Positions 16,181 through 34,100 of a DNA stretch of 64,000 nucleotides are shown in pieces. The stretch is from NCBI GenBank assembly GCA_964016885.1, contig OZ024743.1, positions 366,730,001 to 366,794,000 of the forward strand. The letters are read 5' to 3'. Origin of the DNA: Eledone cirrhosa. Its lineage: Eukaryota. Under the pieces are notes generated by a model. The model made no database searches and was not told the origin of the DNA. It worked only from the letters and a program-made list of their open reading frames with translations. Each line of letters begins with the position of its first letter. Positions within the stretch are counted from its first letter, which is position 1. The position numbers were made by a program, and so were the translations under genes.

Positions 16181-19100
16181 TTCCACCGTTACCACTACTA
16201 CTACCATTACTACAACTTCCACCATTGCCACTACTACTACCGTTACTACAACTTCCTCCATTACCACTACTACTACCATTACTACAACTCCAACCATTAC
16301 CACTACTACTACCATTACTACAACTTCCACCATTGCCACTACTACTACCGTTACTACAACTTCCTCCATTACCACTACTACTACCATTACTACAACTTCC
16401 ACCGTTACCACTACTACTACCATTACTACAACTCCAACCATTACCACTACTACTACCATTACTACAACTTCCACCATTGCCACTACTACTACCATTACTA
16501 CAACTTCCACCGTTACCACTGCTACTACCATTACTACAACTTCCACCGTTACCACTACTACTACCATTACTACAACTACCACCGTTACCACTACTACTAC
16601 CATTACTACAACTTCCACCGTTACCACTGCTACTACCATTACTACAACTTCCACCGTTACCACTACTACTACCATTACTACAACTACCACCGTTACCACT
16701 ACTACTACCATTACTACAACTTCCACCGTTACCACTACTACTACCATTACTACTACTACTCCCATTACTACAACTTCCACCGTTACCACTACTACTACCG
16801 TTACTACAACTTCCACCGTTACCACTACTACTACCATTACTACAACTCCCACCGTTACCACTACTACTACCGTTACTACAACTCCCACCATTACCACTAC
16901 TACTACCATTACTACAACTACCACCGTTACCACTACTACTACCATTACTACAACTCCCACCGTTACCACTACTACTACCGTTACTACAACTCCCACCATT
17001 ACCACTACTACTACCATTACTACAACTACCACCGTTACCACTACTACTACCATTACTACAACTTCCACCGTTACCACTACTACTACCATTACTACAACTC
17101 CCACCGTTACCACTACTACTACCGTTACTACAACTCCCACCATTACCACTACTACTACCATTACTACAACTACCACCGTTACCACTACTACTACCATTAC
17201 TACAACTCCCACCGTTACCACTACTACTACCGTTACTACAACTTCCACCGTTACCACTACTACTACCGTTACTACAACTTCCACCGTTACCACTACTACT
17301 ACCATTACTACAACTTCCACCATTACCACTACTACTACCATTACTACAACTTCCACCATTACCACTACTACTACCGTTACTACAACTTCCACCGTTACCA
17401 CTACTACTACCATTACTACAACTTCCACCGTTACCACTACTACTACCCTTACTACAACTTCCACCGTTACCACTACTACTACCGTTACCACTACTACTAC
17501 CATTACTACAACTTCCACCGTTACCACTACTACTACCATTACTACAACTTCCACCGTTACCACTACTACTACCATTACTACAACTCCCACCATTACCACT
17601 ACTACTACCGTTACTACAACTTCCACCGTTACCACTACTACTACCATTACTACAACTTCCACCGTTACCACTACTACTACCGTTACCACTACTACTACCG
17701 TTACTACAACTTCCACCGTTACTACAACTCCCACCGTTACCACTACTACTACCATTACTACAACTTCCACCATTACCACTACTACTACCATTACTACAAC
17801 TCCCACCGTTACCACTGCTACTACCATTACTACAACTCCCACCGTTACCACTACTACTACCATTACTACAACTCCCACCGTTACCACTGCTACTACCATT
17901 ACTACAACTCCCACCGTTACCACTACTACTACCATTACTACAACTCCCACCGTTACCACTGCTACTACCATTACTACAACTTCCACCGTTACCACTACTA
18001 CTACCATTACTACAACTTCCACCATTGCCACTACTACTACCGTTACTACAACTTCCTCCATTACCACTACTACTACCATTACTACAACTCCCACCGTTAC
18101 CACTGCTACTACCATTACTACAACTCCCACCGTTACCACTGCTACTACCATTACTACAACTCCCACCGTTACCACTACTACTACCATTACTACAACTCCC
18201 ACCGTTACCACTACTACTACCATTACTACAACTCCCACCGTTACCACTGCTACTACCATTACTACAACTTCCACCGTTACCACTACTACTACCATTACTA
18301 CAACTTCCACCATTGCCACTACTACTACCATTACTACAACTCCCACCGTTACCACTACTACTACCATTACTACAACTCCCACCGTTACCACTGCTACTAC
18401 CATTACTACAACTTCCACCGTTACCACTACTACTACCATTACTACAACTTCCACCATTACCACTACTACTACCATTACTACAACTCCCACCGTTACCACT
18501 GCTACTACCATTACTACAACTCCAACCATTACCACTACTACTACCATTACTACAACTTCCACCATTGCCACTACTACTACCATTACTACAACTTCCACCA
18601 TTACCACTACTACTACCATTACTACAACTCCCACCGTTACCACTGCTACTACCATTACTACAACTCCCACCGTTACCACTGCTACTACCATTACTACAAC
18701 TCCCACCGTTACCACTGCTACTACCATTACTACAACTTCCACCATTGCCACTACTACTACCGTTACTACAACTTCCTCCATTACCACTACTACTACCATT
18801 ACTACAACTCCAACCATTACCACTACTACTACCATTACTACAACTTCCACCATTGCCACTACTACTACCATTACTACAACTTCCACCATTACCACTACTA
18901 CTACCATTACTACAACTCCCACCGTTACCACTGCTACTACCATTACTACAACTCCCACCGTTACCACTGCTACTACCATTACTACAACTTCCACCGTTAC
19001 CACTACTACTACCATTACTACAACTTCCACCATTGCCACTACTACTACCGTTACTACAACTTCCTCCATTACCACTACTACTACCATTACTACAACTCCA

Positions 19101-22100
19101 ACCATTACCACTACTACTACCATTACTACAACTTCCACCATTGCCACTACTACTACCGTTACTACAACTTCCTCCATTACCACTACTACTACCATTACTA
19201 CAACTTCCACCGTTACCACTACTACTACCATTACTACAACTCCAACCATTACCACTACTACTACCATTACTACAACTTCCACCATTGCCACTACTACTAC
19301 CATTACTACAACTTCCACCGTTACCACTGCTACTACCATTACTACAACTTCCACCGTTACCACTACTACTACCATTACTACAACTACCACCGTTACCACT
19401 ACTACTACCATTACTACAACTTCCACCGTTACCACTGCTACTACCATTACTACAACTTCCACCGTTACCACTACTACTACCATTACTACAACTACCACCG
19501 TTACCACTACTACTACCATTACTACAACTTCCACCGTTACCACTACTACTACCATTACTACTACTACTCCCATTACTACAACTTCCACCATTACCATTAC
19601 TACTACCATTACCACTACTACTACCATTACTACAACTTCCACCGTTACCACTACTACAACCATTACTACAACTTCCACTACTACTACTACCGTTACCACT
19701 ACTACTACCATTACTACAACTCCCACCGTTACCACTACTACTACCATTACTACAACTCCCACCATTACCACTACTACTACCATTACTACAACTCCGACCG
19801 TTACCACTACTACTACCATTACTACAACTCCCACCGTTACCACTGCTACTACCATTACTACAACTCCCACCATTACCACTACTACTACCATTACTACAAC
19901 TCCCACCGTTACCACTACTACTACCATTACTACAACTCCCACCATTACCACTGCTACTACCATTACTACAACTCCCACCGTTACCACTACTACTACCATT
20001 ACTACAACTCCCACCATTACCACTACTACTACCATTACTACAACTTCCACCATTACCACTACTACTACCATTACTACAACTCCCACCATTACCACTACTA
20101 CTACCATTACTACAACTTCCAACGTTACCACTACTACTACCATTACTACAACTCCGACCGTTACCACTACTACTACCATTACTACAACTCCCACCGTTAC
20201 CACTACTACTACCATTACTACAACTTCCACCATTACCACTACTACTCCCATTACTACAACTCCCACCATTACCACTACTACTACCATTACTACAACTCCC
20301 ACCGTTACCACTGCTACTACCATTACTACAACTCCCACCGTTACCACTACTACTACCATTACTACAACTCCCACCGTTACCACTACTACTACCATTACTA
20401 CAACTCCCACCATTACCACTACTACTACCATTACTACAACTTCCAACGTTACCACTACTACTACCATTACTACAACTCCGACCGTTACCACTACTACTAC
20501 CATTACTACAACTCCCACCGTTACCACTGCTACTACCATTACTACAACTCCCACCGTTACCACTACTACTACCATTACTACAACTCCCACCGTTACCACT
20601 ACTACTACCATTACTACAACTACCACCGTTACCACTACTACTACCATTACTACAACTACCACCGTTACCACTACTACTACCGTTACTACAACTCCCACCA
20701 TTACCACTACTACTACCATTACTACAACTCCGACCGTTACCACTACTACTACCATTACTACAACTACCACCGTTACCACTACTACTACCATTACTACAAC
20801 TACCACCGTTACCACTACTACTACCATTACTACAACTTCCACCGTTACCACTACTACTACCATTACTACAACTCCGACCGTTACCACTACTACTACCATT
20901 ACTACAACTTCCACCATTGCCACTACTACTACCGTTACTACAACTTCCTCCATTACCACTACTACTACCATTACTACAACTTCCACCGTTACCACTACTA
21001 CTACCATTACTACAACTCCAACCATTACCACTACTACTACCATTACTACAACTCCAACCATTACCACTACTACTACCATTACTACAACTTCCTCCATTAC
21101 CACTACTACTACCATTACTACAACTCCAACCATTACCACTACTACTACCATTACTACAACTTCCACCATTGCCACTACTACTACCGTTACTACAACTTCC
21201 TCCATTACCACTACTACTACCATTACTACAACTTCCACCGTTACCACTACTACTACCATTACTACAACTCCAACCATTACCACTACTACTACCATTACTA
21301 CAACTTCCACCATTGCCACTACTACTACCGTTACCACTACTACTACCGTTACTACAACTTCCTCCATTACCACTACTACTACCGTTACTACAACTCCCAC
21401 CATTACCACTACTACTACCGTTACTACAATTCCCACCATTACCACTACTACTACCGTTACTACAACTTCCACCGTTACCACTACTACTACCGTTACTACA
21501 ACTTCCACCGTTACCACTACTACTACCATTACTACAACTCCCACTGTTACCACTACTACTACCATTACTACAACTACCACCGTTACCACTACTACTACCG
21601 TAACTACAACTTCCACCGTTACCACTACTACTACCATTACTACAACTCCCACCGTTACCACTACTACTACCATTACTCCAACTCCCACCATTACCACTAC
21701 TACTACCATTACTACAACTACCACCGTTACCACTACTACTACCATTACCACTACTACTACCATTACTACAACTACCACCGTTACCACTACTACTACCGTT
21801 ACTACAACTTCCACCGTTACCACTACTACTACCATTACTACAACTCCCACCGTTACCACTACTACTACCGTTACTACAACTCCCACCATTACCACTACTA
21901 CTACCATTACTACAACTACCACCGTTACCACTACTACTACCATTACTACAACTCCCACCGTTACCACTACTACTACCGTTACTACAACTCCCACCATTAC
22001 CACTACTACTACCATTACTACAACTACCACCGTTACCACTACTACTACCATTACTACAACTTCCACCGTTACCACTACTACTACCATTACTACAACTCCC

Positions 22101-25100
22101 ACCGTTACCACTACTACTACCGTTACTACAACTCCCACCATTACCACTACTACTACCATTACTACAACTACCACCGTTACCACTACTACTACCATTACTA
22201 CAACTCCCACCGTTACCACTACTACTACCGTTACTACAACTTCCACCGTTACCACTACTACTACCGTTACTACAACTTCCACCGTTACCACTACTACTAC
22301 CATTACTACAACTTCCACCATTACCACTACTACTACCATTACTACAACTTCCACCATTACCACTACTACTACCGTTACTACAACTTCCACCGTTACCACT
22401 ACTACTACCATTACTACAACTTCCACCGTTACCACTACTACTACCGTTACCACTACTACTACCATTACTACAACTTCCACCGTTACCACTACTACTACCA
22501 TTACTACAACTTCCACCGTTACCACTACTACTACCATTACTACAACTCCCACCATTACCACTACTACTACCGTTACTACAACTTCCACCGTTACCACTAC
22601 TACTACCATTACTACAACTTCCACCGTTACCACTACTACTACCGTTACCACTACTACTACCATTACTACAACTTCCACCGTTACCACTACTACTACCATT
22701 ACTACAACTTCCACCGTTACTACAACTTCCACCGTTACTACAACTCCCACCGTTACCACTACTACTACCATTACTACAACTTCCACCATTACCACTACTA
22801 CTACCATTACTACAACTCCCACCGTTACCACTGCTACTACCATTACTACAACTCCCACCGTTACCACTACTACTACCATTACTACAACTCCCACCGTTAC
22901 CACTGCTACTACCATTACTACAACTCCCACCGTTACCACTACTACTACCATTACTACAACTCCCACCGTTACCACTACTACTACCATTACTACAACTCCC
23001 ACCGTTACCACTACTACTACCATTACTACAACTTCCACCATTACCACTACTACTACCATTACTACAACTCCCACCGTTACCACTGCTACTACCATTACTA
23101 CAACTCCCACCGTTACCACTACTACTACCATTACTACAACTCCCACCGTTACCACTGCTACTACCATTACTACAACTCCCACCGTTACCACTACTACTAC
23201 CATTACTACAACTCCCACCGTTACCACTGCTACTACCATTACTACAACTCCCACCGTTACCACTACTACTACCGTTACTACAACTTCCACCATTACCACT
23301 ACTACTACCATTACTACAACTCCCACCGTTACCACTGCTACTACCATTACTACAACTCCCACCGTTACCACTACTACTACCATTACTACAACTCCCACCG
23401 TTACCACTGCTACTACCATTACTACAACTCCCACCGTTACCACTACTACTACCGTTACTACAACTTCCACCATTACCACTACTACTACCATTACTACAAC
23501 TCCCACCGTTACCACTGCTACTACCATTACTACAACTTCCACCGTTACCACTACTACTACCGTTACTACAACTTCCACCGTTACCACTACTACTACCATT
23601 ACTACAACTCCCACCGTTACCACTACTACTACCATTACTACAACTTCCACCATTACCACTACTACTACCATTACTACAACTCCCACCGTTACCACTGCTA
23701 CTACCATTACTACAACTCCCACCGTTACCACTACTACTACCATTACTACAACTCCCACCGTTACCACTGCTACTACCATTACTACAACTCCCACCGTTAC
23801 CACTACTACTACCGTTACTACAACTTCCACCATTACCACTACTACTACCATTACTACAACTCCCACCGTTACCACTGCTACTACCATTACTACAACTTCC
23901 ACCGTTACCACTACTACTACCGTTACTACAACTCCCACCGTTACCACTGCTACTACCATTACTACAACTCCCACCGTTACCACTGCTACTACCATTACTA
24001 CAACTCCCACCGTTACCACTGCTACTACCATTACTACAACTCCCACCGTTACCACTGCTACTACCATTACTACAACTCCCACCGTTACCACTACTACTAC
24101 CATTACTACAACTCCCACCGTTACCACTGCTACTACCATTACTACAACTCCCACCGTTACCACTACTACTACCATTACTACAACTCCCACCGTTACCACT
24201 GCTACTACCATTACTACAACTCCCACCGTTACCACTACTACTACCATTACTACAACTTCCACCATTACCACTACTACTACCATTACTACAACTCCCACCG
24301 TTACCACTGCTACTACCATTACTACAACTCCCACCGTTACCACTGCTACTACCATTACTACAACTCCCACCGTTACCACTGCTACTACCATTACTACAAC
24401 TCCCACCGTTACCACTACTACTACCATTACTACAACTCCCACCGTTACCACTGCTACTACCATTACTACAACTCCCACCGTTACCACTGCTACTACCATT
24501 ACTACAACTCCCACCGTTACCACTGCTACTACCATTACTACAACTCCCACCGTTACCACTGCTACTACCATTACTACAACTCCCACCGTTACCACTGCTA
24601 CTACCATTACTACAACTCCCACCGTTACCACTGCTACTACCATTACTACAACTCCCACCGTTACCACTGCTACTACCATTACTACAACTCCCACCGTTAC
24701 CACTACTACTACCATTACTACAACTCCCACCGTTACCACTGCTACTACCATTACTACAACTCCCACCGTTACCACTGCTACTACCATTACTACAACTCCC
24801 ACCGTTACCACTGCTACTACCATTACTACAACTCCCACCGTTACCACTGCTACTACCATTACTACAACTCCCACCGTTACCACTGCTACTACCATTACTA
24901 CAACTCCCACCGTTACCACTACTACTACCATTACTACAACTCCCACCGTTACCACTGCTACTACCATTACTACAACTCTCACCGTTACCACTACTACTAC
25001 CATTACTACAACTCCCACCGTTACCACTGCTACTACCATTACTACAACTCCCACCGTTACCACTACTACTACCATTACTACAACTTCCACCATTACCACT

Positions 25101-28100
25101 ACTACTACCATTACTACAACTCCCACCGTTACCACTGCTACTACCATTACTACAACTCCCACCGTTACCACTACTACTACCATTACTACAACTCCCACCG
25201 TTACCACTGCTACTACCATTACTACAACTCCCACCGTTACCACTACTACTACCATTACTACAACTCCCACCGTTACCACTGCTACTACCATTACTACAAC
25301 TCCCACCGTTACCACTACTACTACCATTACTACAACTCCCACCATTACCACTACTACTACCATTACTACAACTCCAACCATTACCACTACTACTACCATT
25401 ACTACAACTTCCACCGTCACCACTACTACTACCATTACTACAACTCCCACCATTACCACTACTACTACCGTTACTACAACTTCCTCCATTACCACTACTA
25501 CTACCATTACTACAACTCCCACCGTTACCACTGCTACTACCATTACTACAACTCCCACCGTTACCACTACTACTACCATTACTACAACTCCCACCATTAC
25601 CACTACTACTACCATTACTACAACTCCAACCATTACCACTACTACTACCATTACTACAACTTCCACCGTCACCACTACTACTACCATTACTACAACTCCC
25701 ACCATTACCACTACTACTACCGTTACTACAACTTCCTCCATTACCACTACTACTACCATTACTACAACTCCCACCGTTACCACTGCTACTACCATTACTA
25801 CAACTACCACCGTTACCACTACTACTACCGTTACTACAACTTCCTCCATTACCACTACTACTACCATTACTACAACTCCGACCGTTACCACTGCTACTAC
25901 CATTACTACAACTACCACCGTTACCACTACTACTACCATTACTACAACTACCACCGTTACCACTACTACTACCGTTACTACAACTTCCTCCATTACCACT
26001 ACTACTACCATTACTACAACTTCCACCATTGCCACTACTACTACCGTTACTACAACTTCCTCCATTACCACTACTACTACCATTACTACAACTTCCACCA
26101 TTGCCACTACTACTACCGTTACTACAACTTCCTCCATTACCACTACTACTACCATTACTACAACTTCCACCGTTACCACTACTACTACCATTACTACAAC
26201 TCCAACCATTACCACTACTACTACCATTACTACAACTCCAACCATTACCACTACTACTACCATTACTACAACTTCCTCCATTACCACTACTACTACCATT
26301 ACTACAACTCCAACCATTACCACTACTACTACCATTACTACAACTTCCACCATTGCCACTACTACTACCGTTACTACAATTTCCTCCATTACCACTACTA
26401 CTACCATTACTACAACTTCCACCGTTACCACTACTACTACCATTACTACAACTCCAACCATTACCACTACTACTACCATTACTACAACTTCCACCATTGC
26501 CACTACTACTACCGTTACTACAACTTCCTCCATTACCACTACTACTACCGTTACTACAACTCCCACCATTACCACTACTACTACCGTTACTACAATTCCC
26601 ACCATTACCACTACTACTACCGTTACCACTACTACTACCATTACTACAACTCCCACCGTTACCACTACTACTACCATTACTACAACTCCCACTGTTACCA
26701 CTACTACTACCATTACTACAACTACCACCGTTACCACTACTACTACCGTAACTACAACTTCCACCGTTACTACAACTTCCACCATTGCCACTACTACTAC
26801 CGTTACTACAACTCCCACCGTTACCACTGCTACTACCATTACTACAACTCCCACCGTTACCACTACTACTACCATTACTCCAACTCCCACTGTTACCACT
26901 ACTACTACCATTACTACAACTCCCACCATTACCACTACTACTACCATTACTACAACTACCACCGTTACCACTACTACTACCGTTACTACAACTTCCACCG
27001 TTACCACTACTACTACCATTACTACAACTCCCACCGTTACCACTACTACTACCGTTACTACAACTCCCACCATTACCACTACTACTACCATTACTACAAC
27101 TACCACCGTTACCACTACTACTACCATTACTACAACTTCCACCATTACCACTACTACTACCATTACTACAACTACCACCGTTACCACTACTACTACCATT
27201 ACTACAACTTCCACCGTTACCACTACTACTACCGTTACTACAACTCCCACCATTACCACTACTACTACCATTACTACAACTACCACCGTTACCACTACTA
27301 CTACCATTACTACAACTCCCACCGTTACCACTACTACTACCGTTACTACAACTTCCACCGTTACCACTACTACTACCGTTACCACTACTACTACCGTAAC
27401 TACAACTCCCACCGTTACCACTACTACTACCATTACTACAACTCACACCATTACCACTACTACTACCATTACTACAACTTCCACCATTACCACTACTACT
27501 ACCGTTACCACTACTACTACCATTACTACAACTTCCACCGTTACCACTACTACTACCATTACTACAACTTCCAACGTTACCACTACTACTACCGTTACTA
27601 CAACTCCCACCGTTACCACTACTGCTACCATTACTACAACTTCCACCGTTACCACTACTACTACCATTACTACAACTCCCACCATTACCACTACTACTAC
27701 CGTTACCACTACTACTACCATTACTACAACTTCCACCGTTACCACTACTACTACCATTACCACTACTACTACCATTACTACAACTTCCACCGTTACCACT
27801 ACTACTACCATTACCACTACTACTACCATTACTACAACTTCCAACGTTACCACTACTACTACCATTACTACAACTCCCACCATTACCACTACTACTACCA
27901 TTACTACAACTTCCACCGTTACCACTACTACTACCATTACCACTACTACTTCCATTACTACAACTCCCACCGTTACCACTACTACTACCATTACTACAAC
28001 TCCCACCATTACCACTACTACTACCATTACCACTACTACTACCATTACTACAACTTCCACCGTTACCACTACTACTTCCATTACTACAACTCCCACCGTT

Positions 28101-31100
28101 ACCACTACTACTACCATTACCACTACTACTACCATTACTACAACTTCCACCGTTACCACTACTACTACCATTACCACTACTACTACCATTACTACAACTT
28201 CCACCGTTACCACTACTACTTCCATTACTACAACTCCCACCATTACCACTACTACTACCATTACCACTACTACTACCATTACTACAACTTCCACCGTTAC
28301 CACTACTACTACCATTACCACTACTACTACCATTACTACAACTCCCACCGTTACCACTGCTACTACCATTACTACAACTCCCACCGTTACCACTACTACT
28401 ACCATTACTACAACTCCCACCGTTACCACTGCTACTACCATTACTACAACTCCCACCGTTACCACTGCTACTACCATTACTACAACTCCCACCGTTACCA
28501 CTACTACTACCATTACTCCAACTCCCACTGTTACCACTACTACTACCATTACTACAACTCCCACCATTACCACTACTACTACCATTACTACAACTACCAC
28601 CGTTACCACTACTACTACCGTTACCACTACTACTACCATTACTACAACTTCCACCGTTACCACTACTACTACCGTTACTACAACTCCCACCATTACCACT
28701 ACTACTACCATTACTACAACTACCACCGTTACCACTACTACTACCATTACTACAACTTCCACCATTACCACTACTACTACCATTACTACAACTTCCACCG
28801 TTACCACTACTACTACCATTACTACAACTCCCACCGTTACCACTACTACTACCGTTACTACAACTCCCACCATTACCACTACTACTACCATTACTACAAC
28901 TACCACCGTTACCACTACTACTACCATTACTACAACTACCACCGTTACCACTACTACTACCATTACTACAACTCCCACCGTTACCACTACTACTACCGTT
29001 ACTACAACTACCACCGTTACCACTACTACTACCATTACTACAACTCCCACCATTACCACTACTACTACCGTTACTACAACTTCCACCGTTACCACTACTA
29101 CTACCGTAACTACAACTCCCACCGTTACCACTACTACTACCATTACTACAACTCACACCATTACCACTACTACTACCATTACTACAACTTCCACCATTAC
29201 CACTACTACTACCGTTACCACTACTACTACCATTACTACAACTTCCACCGTTACCACTACTACTACCATTACTACAACTCCCACCGTTACCACTACTGCT
29301 ACCATTACTACAACTTCCACCGTTACCACTACTACTACCATTACTACAACTCCCACCATTACCACTACTACTACCGTTACCACTACTACTACCATTACTA
29401 CAACTTCCACCGTTACCACTACTACTACCATTACCACTACTACTACCATTACTACAACTTCCACCGTTACCACTACTACTACCATTACCACTACTACTAC
29501 CATTACTACAACTTCCAACGTTACCACTACTACTACCATTACTACAACTCCCACCATTACCACTACTACTACCATTACTACAACTTCCACCGTTACCACT
29601 ACTACTACCATTACCACTACTACTTCCATTACTACAACTCCCACCGTTACCACTACTACTACCATTACTACAACTCCCACCATTACCACTACTACTACCA
29701 TTACCACTACTACTACCATTACTACAACTTCCACCGTTACCACTACTACTACCATTACCACTACTACTTCCATTACTACAACTCCCACCGTTACCACTAC
29801 TACTACCATTACCACTACTACTACCATTACTACAACTTCCACCGTTACCACTACTACTACCATTACCACTACTACTTCCATTACTACAACTCCCACCATT
29901 ACCACTACTACTACCATTACCACTACTACTACCATTACTACAACTTCCACCGTTACCACTACTACTACCATTACCACTACTACTACCATTACTACAACTC
30001 CCACCATTACCACTACTACTACCATTACCACTACTATTACCGTTACTACAACTCCCACCATTACCACTACTACTACCGTTACCACTACTACTACCATTAC
30101 TACAACTTCCACCGTTACCACTACTACTACCATTACTACAACTTCCACGATTACCACTACTACTACCGTTACTACAACTCCCACCGTTACCACTACTACT
30201 ACCATTACTACAACTTCCACCGTTACCACTACTACTCCCATTACTACAACTCCCACCATTACCACTACTACTACCATTACCACTACTATTACCGTTACTA
30301 CAACTCCCACCATTACCACTACTACTACCGTTACCACTACTACTACCATTACTACAACTTCCACGATTACCACTACTACTACCATTACTACAACTCCCAC
30401 CATTACCACTACTACTACCATTACTACAACTTCCACCATTACCACTACTACTACCGTTACTACAACTCCCACCATTACCACTACTACTCCCATTACTACA
30501 ACTCCCACCATTACCACTACTACTCCCATTACTACAACTTCCACCATGACCACTACTACTACCATTACTACAACTCCCACCATTACCACTACTACTACCA
30601 TTACCACTACTATTACCGTTACTACAACTCCCACCATTACCACTACTACTACCATTACCACTACTATTACCGTTACTACAACTTCCACCATTACCACTAC
30701 TACTACCATTACTACAACTCCCACCATTACCACTACTACTACCATTACCACTACTATTACCGTTACTACAACTCCCACCATTACCACTACTACTACCGTT
30801 ACCACTACTACTACCATTACTACAACTTCCACCGTTACCACTACTACTACCATTACTACAACTTCCACGATTACCACTACTACTACCGTTACTACAACTC
30901 CCACCGTTACCACTACTACTACCATTACTACAACTTCCACCGTTACCACTACTACTCCCATTACTACAACTTCCACCATTACCACTACTACTACCATTAC
31001 TACAACTTCCACCATTACCACTACTACTACCGTTACTACAACTCCCACCATTACCACTACTACTACCATTACTACAACTTCCACGATTACCACTACTACT

Positions 31101-34100
31101 ACCGTTACTACAACTCCCACCGTTACCACTACTACTACCATTACTACAACTTCCACCGTTACCACTACTACTCCCATTACTACAACTTCCACCATTACCA
31201 CTACTACTACCATTACTACAACTCCCACCATTACCACTACTACTACCATTACTACAACTTCCACCATTACCACTACTACTACCATTACTACAACTCCCAC
31301 CGTTACCACTACTACTACCATTACTACAACTTCCACCATTACCACTACTACTACCACTACTACTACCATTACTACAACTCCCACCATTACCACTACTACT
31401 ACCATTACTACAACTCCCACCGTTACCACTACTACTACCATTACTACAACTTCCACGATTACCACTACTACTACCATTACTACAACTTCCACCATTACCA
31501 CTACTACTACCATTACTACAACTTCCACCATTACCACTACTACTACCATTACTACAACTTCCACCATTACCACTACTACTACCATTACTACAACTTCCAC
31601 CATTACCACTACTACTACCACTACTACTACCATTACTACAACTTCCACCATTACCACTACTACTCCCATTACTACAACTTCCACCATTACCACTACTACT
31701 ACCATTACTACAACTCCCACCATTACCACTACTACTACCATTACTACAACTTCCACCGTTACCACTACTACTACCATTACTACAACTCCCACCGTTACCA
31801 CTACTACTACCATTACTACAACTTCCACCATTACCACTACTACTACCATTACTACAACTTCCACCGTTACCACTACTACTACCGTTACTACAACTCCCAC
31901 CATTACCACTACTACTACCATTACTACAACTCCCACCATTACCACTACTACTACCGTTACTACAACTCCCACCATTACCACTACTACTACCATTACTACA
32001 ACTCCCACCATTACCACTACTACTACCATTACTACAACTTCCACCGTTACCACTACTACTACCGTTACTACAACTTCCACCGTTACCACTACTACTACCA
32101 TTACTACAACTTCCACCATTACCACTACTACTACCATTACTACAACTTCCACCGTTACCACTACTACTACCGTTACTACAACTCCCGCCATTACCACTAC
32201 TACTACCGTTACCACTACTACTACCATTACTACAACTTCCACCGTTACCACTACTACTACCATTAATACAACTTCCACGATTACCACTACTACTACCATT
32301 ACTACAACTCCCACCATTACCACTACTACTACCATTACTACAACTCCCACCATTACCACTACTACTACCATTACTACAACTTCCACCGTTACCACTACTA
32401 CTACCGTTACTACAACTCCCGCCATTACCACTACTACTACCGTTACCACTACTACTACCATTACTACAACTTCCACCGTTACCACTACTACTACCATTAC
32501 TACAACTTCCACCATTACCACTACTACTACCGTTACTACAACTCCCACCATTACCACTACTACTACCGTTACTACAACTTCCACCGTTACCACTACTACT
32601 ACCATTACTACAACTTCCACCATTACCACTACTACTACCGTTACTACAACTCCCACCATTACCACTACTACTACCGTTACTACAACTTCCACCGTTACCA
32701 CTACTACTACCATTACTACAACTCCCACCATTACCACTACTACTACCATTACTACAACTTCCACCGTTACCACTGCTACTACCATTACTACAACTTCCAC
32801 CGTTACCACTACTACTACCATTACTACAACTCCCACCATTACCACTACTACTACCATTACTACAACTTCCACCGTTACCACTACTACTACCATTACTACA
32901 ACTTCCACCGTTACCACTGCTACTACCATTACTACAACTTCCTCCATTACCACTACTACTACCATTACTACAACTCCCACCATTACCACTACTACTACCG
33001 TTACTACAACTCCCACCATTACCACTACTACTACCATTACTACAACTCCCACCATTACCACTACTACTACCATTACTACAACTCCCACCATTACCACTAC
33101 TACTACCATTACTACAACTCCCACCATTACCACTACTACTACCATTACTACAACTCCCACCATTACCACTACTACTACCGTTACTACAACTTCCACCGTT
33201 ACCACTACTACTACCATTACTACAACTTCCACCGTTACCACTACTACTACCATTACTACAACTCCCACCATTACCACTACTACTACCGTTACTACAACTT
33301 CCACCGTTACCACTACTACTACCATTACTACAACTTCCACCGTTACCACTACTACTACCATTACTACAACTTCCACCGTTACCACTACTACTACCGTTAC
33401 TACAACTTCCACCGTTACCACTACTACTACCATTACTACAACTTCCACCGTTACCACTACTACTACCGTTACTACAACTTCCACCGTTACCACTACTACT
33501 ACCATTACTACAACTTCCACCGTTACCACTACTACTACCGTTACTACAACTCCCACCGTTACCACTACTACTACCGTTACTACAACTTCCACCGTTACCA
33601 CTACTACTACCATTACTACAACTTCCACCGTTACCACTACTACTACCGTTACTACAACTTCCACCGTTACCACTACTACTACCATTACTACAACTCCCAC
33701 CGTTACCACTACTACTACCGTTACTACAACTTCCACCGTTACCACTACTACTACCATTACTACAACTTCCACCGTTACCACTACTACTACCGTTACTACA
33801 ACTTCCACCGTTACCACTACTACTACCATTACTACAACTTCCACCGTTACCACTACTACTACCGTTACTACAACTTCCACCGTTACCACTACTACTACCA
33901 TTACTACAACTTCCACCGTTACCACTACTACTACCGTTACTACAACTCCCACCGTTACCACTACTACTACCGTTACTACAACTTCCACCGTTACCACTAC
34001 TACTACCATTACTACAACTTCCACCGTTACCACTACTACTACCGTTACTACAACTTCCACCGTTACCACTACTACTACCATTACTACAACTCCCACCGTT

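Noticed and set aside
195-27399. Leu/Pro-rich + strand ORFs (PLLLPLLQLPPL)n
   Set aside because: Shadow frame of the array; interrupted by TAA/TGA variants (885, 2442, 21601, 26749, 27397) and dependent on TTG starts.
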